A stretch of 64,000 nucleotides of DNA from an uncultured Collinsella sp. (lineage in GTDB: Bacteria; Actinomycetota; Coriobacteriia; Coriobacteriales; Coriobacteriaceae), in the NCBI GenBank assembly GCA_902481895.1, contig CABSYR010000003.1:46692-110691 (forward strand), written 5' to 3'. A program made the translations under genes and the position numbers. The notes under the pieces were generated by a model. That model saw only the letters and a program-made list of their open reading frames with translations. It did no database searches and was not told where the DNA came from. Below, piece after piece: positions 60,049 through 64,000 of this stretch (its first letter is position 1; each line of letters starts with the position of its first letter).

Positions 60049-61361
60049 CCCGCATCACCCCCTCCCCGCTCAAGGGCACCGTTCCCGCGATCGCGTCCAA
60101 GTCGATGGCGCATCGCCTGATCATCTGCGCTGCGCTTGCCAACGGCGAGACGCACGTTACCTGCAACACCACCTGCGCCGACATCGAGGCCACGGTGCGC
60201 TGCCTTACGGCCCTGGGTGCTCGCATCGAGACCGTCGAGGACGGCTTCCAGGTCCACCCCACCATGAAGAGTGTTGAGTTCGGTCTGCTCAAGGCCCTTG
60301 CCGGCGGCACGCTCGACTGCGGTGAAAGTGGCTCCACGCTGCGCTTTATGCTGCCCGTCGCCTGCGCGCTGGGTGCCGAGGCCACGTTTGTGGGCCAGGG
60401 CCGCCTGGGCGCCCGCCCGCTGTCCCCGCTCTCGGACGAGATTATCGCCGCCGGCTGCGACCTGCAGGGTCTGGGCGGTTTTCCGCTCAAGACAAGCGGC
60501 CGCATGCGCCCGGGCACCTTTGTGCTGCCGGGCAACGTGAGCTCGCAGTATATCTCGGGCCTGCTGCTGTCGGCCCCGCTGCTGGCCAAGCCCTCCTGCG
60601 TGCAGGTGACCGGCCTCATTGAGAGCCGCCCCTACATCAACCTGACGATCCAGGCCATGAAGGCCTTTGGCGTCGAGGTCAACGTCGAGCGTATTCCGGC
60701 CAAGGACGGCCAGCCCGAGGTCACGAACTTCCGCGTGAGCAGCGGCTCGTACCGCACGCCCGGCAGCGTAGCCGTCGAGGGCGACTGGTCCAACGCCGCC
60801 TTTTGGCTGTGCGCCGGCGCCATCGGCACCGACCCCATCACCGTCGAGGGCGTGTCGCTGAGCTCCGCACAGGGCGACCGCAACGTGCTTGCCGCGCTTT
60901 CGCGCTTTGGTGCCCGCATCGTGCGCTCCACCAACGCCGCCACCGTGCAGTCCGACAAGCTCGCCGGCTTTGAGATGAGCGCCCACGACATTCCCGACCT
61001 GGTACCCGTTATCTCGGCCGTTGCCTCGCTGGCACAGGGCCGCACCTTTATCCGCGATTGCGCCCGTCTACGTATCAAGGAATCCGACCGCCTGGTCACC
61101 ACCACCCGCGAGCTCACCGCGCTGGGCGCACAGGTGCGCATCGCCGGCGACGACCTCATCATCAAGGGCGTCGATGCCTTTACCGGCGGCGAGGTCGATT
61201 CGCACAACGACCACCGCATCGCCATGATGGCCGCCATCGCCGCGAGCCGCGCCACCGGCGAGGTCGTGATCCACGGCGCCGAGGCCGTCAACAAGTCCTA
61301 TCCCGATTTCTTCGACCACTACCGCCTACTGGGCGGCAAGGTCACACTCGAGGAGGAATAG
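60042..61361 (+). CDS. aroA: EPSP synthase
   Basis: SKSMAHR, CGESGSTLRF, SSQYISGLL, RIKESDR and DHRIAM motifs. Confidence 0.96.
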   Translation: MLARITPSPLKGTVPAIASKSMAHRLIICAALANGETHVTCNTTCADIEATVRCLTALGARIETVEDGFQVHPTMKSVEFGLLKALAGGTLDCGESGSTLRFMLPVACALGAEATFVGQGRLGARPLSPLSDEIIAAGCDLQGLGGFPLKTSGRMRPGTFVLPGNVSSQYISGLLLSAPLLAKPSCVQVTGLIESRPYINLTIQAMKAFGVEVNVERIPAKDGQPEVTNFRVSSGSYRTPGSVAVEGDWSNAAFWLCAGAIGTDPITVEGVSLSSAQGDRNVLAALSRFGARIVRSTNAATVQSDKLAGFEMSAHDIPDLVPVISAVASLAQGRTFIRDCARLRIKESDRLVTTTRELTALGAQVRIAGDDLIIKGVDAFTGGEVDSHNDHRIAMMAAIAASRATGEVVIHGAEAVNKSYPDFFDHYRLLGGKVTLEEE

Positions 61362-61362
61362 C

Positions 61363-62460
61363 ATGTCCTCGACCTTTGGCAACGTCTTGCACTTAAGCAT
61401 CTTCGGCCAATCGCACTCCCCCGCTATCGGCTGCTCGCTCGATGGCATCCCGGCGGGCATCGCCTTGGACCAAGAGAAGCTGCAGGCCTTCCTCGACCGT
61501 CGCGCTCCCGGTCGCGACGAGACCGCGACCAAACGCCGCGAGGCCGACGCCGTCCACATCATCGCCGGTGTTGTCGATGGACATACCACCGGCGCGCCCA
61601 TTGCCGCGATTATCGAGAACACCAACACGCGCTCTAAGGACTATTCCGAGCTGCGCCGCAAGCCCCGTCCCGGGCACGCAGACTTCCCTGCGCGCGTGAA
61701 GTACCACAACATGCACGATGTCGCTGGTGGCGGGCATTTTTCCGGCCGCCTAACGGCCCCCTTATGCATCGCCGGCGACATTGCGCTGCAGGCACTCGAG
61801 GCCCGCGGCATTCAGGTCATGGCGCACGTCGCGCAGATCGGCAACATCTCCGACCTGCCGATGGACGATATGGTCTATCGCGAGGCCGACCGCAAGGCAA
61901 TCCTTACAAACGATCTGCCGTGCATTGACGCCGCCGCAGCCGGCCGCATGCGCGAGGAGATCCTGGCCGCGCGCGACGAGCTCGACAGCATCGGCGGCAT
62001 CGTAGAGTGCGGCATTTACGGGCTTCCCGCGGGCATCGGCGACCCTATGTTCGACGGCATCGAGAACCGCATCGCGCAAATCGCGTTTGGCATTCCCGCC
62101 GTAAAGGGCGTGGAGTTTGGCATGGGCTTTGCCGTGGCCGCCATGCGCGGCAGCGAGAACAACGATCCGTATCGCATCGACGCCGAGACCGGCGAGATTG
62201 AAGTCGAGTCCAACAACGCCGGCGGCATTCTGGGCGGCATCTCCACCGGCGCGCCCGTCATGTGGCGCATGGCCGTAAAGCCGACGCCCTCGATTGGCCG
62301 CGAGCAGCAGACCGTGGACATGGACGCCATGGAAAATGTAGAACTCTCGGTCCACGGTCGTCACGATCCCTGCATCGTCCCCCGAGCCGTCCCCGTTGCC
62401 GAAGCAGCCGCGGCGCTCGCCATCTGGGACGCCCTCCTCGAGGACGCCGGACAGCTTTAG
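61363..62460 (+). CDS. aroC: chorismate synthase
   Basis: RPGHAD, GGGHFSGR, NNAGGILGGIS, KPTPSI and GRHDPC motifs. Confidence 0.96.
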   Translation: MSSTFGNVLHLSIFGQSHSPAIGCSLDGIPAGIALDQEKLQAFLDRRAPGRDETATKRREADAVHIIAGVVDGHTTGAPIAAIIENTNTRSKDYSELRRKPRPGHADFPARVKYHNMHDVAGGGHFSGRLTAPLCIAGDIALQALEARGIQVMAHVAQIGNISDLPMDDMVYREADRKAILTNDLPCIDAAAAGRMREEILAARDELDSIGGIVECGIYGLPAGIGDPMFDGIENRIAQIAFGIPAVKGVEFGMGFAVAAMRGSENNDPYRIDAETGEIEVESNNAGGILGGISTGAPVMWRMAVKPTPSIGREQQTVDMDAMENVELSVHGRHDPCIVPRAVPVAEAAAALAIWDALLEDAGQL

Positions 62461-62474
62461 TCCACCCACCCCAA

Positions 62475-62601
62475 GGGTAGTTAATTTGGGACGGGGCTAT
62501 TTTAGCTACCCCCATATGCCAGTTGATATTTGCCCTGGCACTCATCGATTCGTCGACAGTCAAAGGGTAGCTAAAAAAGCCCCGTCCCAAATTAACTACC
62601 C
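62475..62601. repeat. REP/REPIN- or MITE-like element: two 37-bp inverted repeats with a 53-bp spacer
   Basis: 62475-62511 and the reverse complement of 62565-62601 match at 36 of 37 positions. Each arm is itself an imperfect palindrome GGGTAG...CTACCC. Confidence 0.85.
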
Positions 62602-62629
62602 CAGGCAACCATTCACGAAAGGGGTCCCT

Positions 62630-63775
62630 ATGGACCTTGCTGACATCCGCCAGGCCATCGATGGCATCGACACCACGCTCCTCAACAGTTTTATCGAGCG
62701 CATGGACATTGCCACCGAGGTCGCCAAGTCAAAAATCGAGATGGGCAAGGCCGTCTTCGACCCCGCCCGCGAGCGCTCCAAGCTCAACAACCTCGCCAGC
62801 CGCGCGCCCGAGCGCTACGAGGCACAGACCATCGCCCTGTTCCGTCTCCTCATGAGCATGAGCAAGGCCGAGCAGCAGCGCTACATCAACGAGCTCAAGG
62901 GCATCACCATCTCGCAAAAGGCCCACGCCACGGCTGCGGCCTTTGACACGCCCTTCCCTCAAACGGCCACCGTTGCCTGCCAGGGCGTGGAAGGTGCCTA
63001 TAGCCAGATCGCCGCGTGCAAACTCTTCGACGTGCCCGACATCGCGTTCTTTGAGACCTTTGAGGGCGTCATGCGAGCCGTGCGCGACGGGTTCTGCGAG
63101 TTTGGCGTGCTGCCCATCGAGAACTCCACCGCCGGATCGGTCAACGCCGTCTACGACCTGCTCGCCCAGTTCGACTTTCACATCGTGCGCTCGCTTCGCC
63201 TCAAGATCGACCACAACTTGCTCGTCAAGCCCGGCACCAAGCTCGCCGACGTGCGCGAGGTCTACAGCCACGGCCAAGCCATTGCCCAGTGTGCCGGCTT
63301 TATCGAGTCCCACGACCTGCACGCCACCAAGTACCCAAACACGGCCATGTCGGCCGAGATGGTCGCCAACTCCGAGCGCACCGACGTCGCCGCCATCGCC
63401 TCGCGCAGTTGCGCGGCGCTCTACGGTCTGGAAGTGCTAGAGTCCAACATCCAGGACTCGGACAACAACTACACGCGCTTTGTCGTCATCAGCCGCGAGC
63501 CACGCGTCTATCCCGGTGCCAACCGTACCTCGCTCATGATCACCACGGCCAACGAGCCGGGCGCCCTCTATCGCGTGCTCGAGCGCTTCTACGCACTCAA
63601 TATCAACCTCATCAAGCTCGAGAGCCGCCCCATCCCCGGCCGCGACTTTGAGTTTATGTTCTACTTTGATCTGGACTGCCCCTTTGGCAGCAAGGCCCTC
63701 GACGACCTGCTCGATTCCATCGACGACGTGTGCGAGAGCTTCACCTACTTTGGCAGCTACACGGAGGTGCTCTAG
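62630..63775 (+). CDS. pheA: chorismate mutase / prephenate dehydratase
   Basis: N-terminal CM domain (LADIRQAIDGID), PDT (PIENSTAGSV, SHGQAIAQC, NYTRFV), ACT (LESRP). Start ATG 62630. Confidence 0.94.
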   Translation: MDLADIRQAIDGIDTTLLNSFIERMDIATEVAKSKIEMGKAVFDPARERSKLNNLASRAPERYEAQTIALFRLLMSMSKAEQQRYINELKGITISQKAHATAAAFDTPFPQTATVACQGVEGAYSQIAACKLFDVPDIAFFETFEGVMRAVRDGFCEFGVLPIENSTAGSVNAVYDLLAQFDFHIVRSLRLKIDHNLLVKPGTKLADVREVYSHGQAIAQCAGFIESHDLHATKYPNTAMSAEMVANSERTDVAAIASRSCAALYGLEVLESNIQDSDNNYTRFVVISREPRVYPGANRTSLMITTANEPGALYRVLERFYALNINLIKLESRPIPGRDFEFMFYFDLDCPFGSKALDDLLDSIDDVCESFTYFGSYTEVL

Positions 63776-64000
63776 ATGACCGATACTGCCGCAACCCACC
63801 CCTACGGCGTGCTAGGCCGCGTACTGGGCCACAGCTACACCCCGACCATCTACAAAGAGCTCGCGGGGCTCGACTACGTGCGATTTGAGCGCGAGCCCGA
63901 GGACCTCGCGGCCTTTATGACCGGCGACGAGTGGGAGGGCACCAACGTGACCATCCCCTACAAGCGCGCCGTCATGGAGTATCTGGACGAACTGAGCCCG
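63776..64000 (+). CDS. aroE: shikimate dehydrogenase (5' part, runs off the window)
   Basis: Manual translation: MTDTAATHPYGVLGRVLGHSYTP...GTNVTIPYKRAV. Confidence 0.9.
   Translation, partial: MTDTAATHPYGVLGRVLGHSYTPTIYKELAGLDYVRFEREPEDLAAFMTGDEWEGTNVTIPYKRAVMEYLDELSP

Noticed and set aside
62475..62601. CRISPR array
   Set aside because: Only two units, in inverted rather than direct orientation, and no cas genes in the window.

Overview
High-GC core-genome window. Gene content and order suggest a Coriobacteriia/Collinsella-like anaerobic actinobacterium (inference, no database search). No prophage, transposase or CRISPR array is visible. In order: pyrimidine operon pyrR-pyrB-pyrC-pyrK-pyrD (minus, with a PyrR-type attenuator), rpmB, and adhE followed by an APH-like kinase. 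A long minus-strand housekeeping block follows: rpsP-khpA-rimM-trmD-lepB, glyQS-PDRP-ppdK, rplS-rnhB, yraN-comM-dprA-trmFO-xerC, and rpsB-tsf-pyrH-frr-uppS-cdsA-dxr-rseP-ispG-proS. Next come dinB, rplU-rpmA-obgE-nadD-yqeK-rsfS, and a tightly packed mreBCD-mrdA-rodA operon that continues into a DUF697-like gene and a radical SAM pair. The last part holds TPR, cyclophilin and zinc-ribbon genes, a P-type ATPase, tRNA-Arg(CCG) and the plus-strand shikimate operon aroF-tyrA-aroB-aroA-aroC-pheA-aroE (partial). Best leads: the elongasome-linked DUF697 and radical SAM module, the adhE-linked kinase, a winged-helix-like insertion in RseP, a probable ATA start for xerC overlapping the trmFO stop, a REP/REPIN-like GGGTAG...CTACCC repeat family, a divergent PyrR binding loop, and a PQGL-motif P-type ATPase. 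All gene calls come from motif recognition and gene context only.
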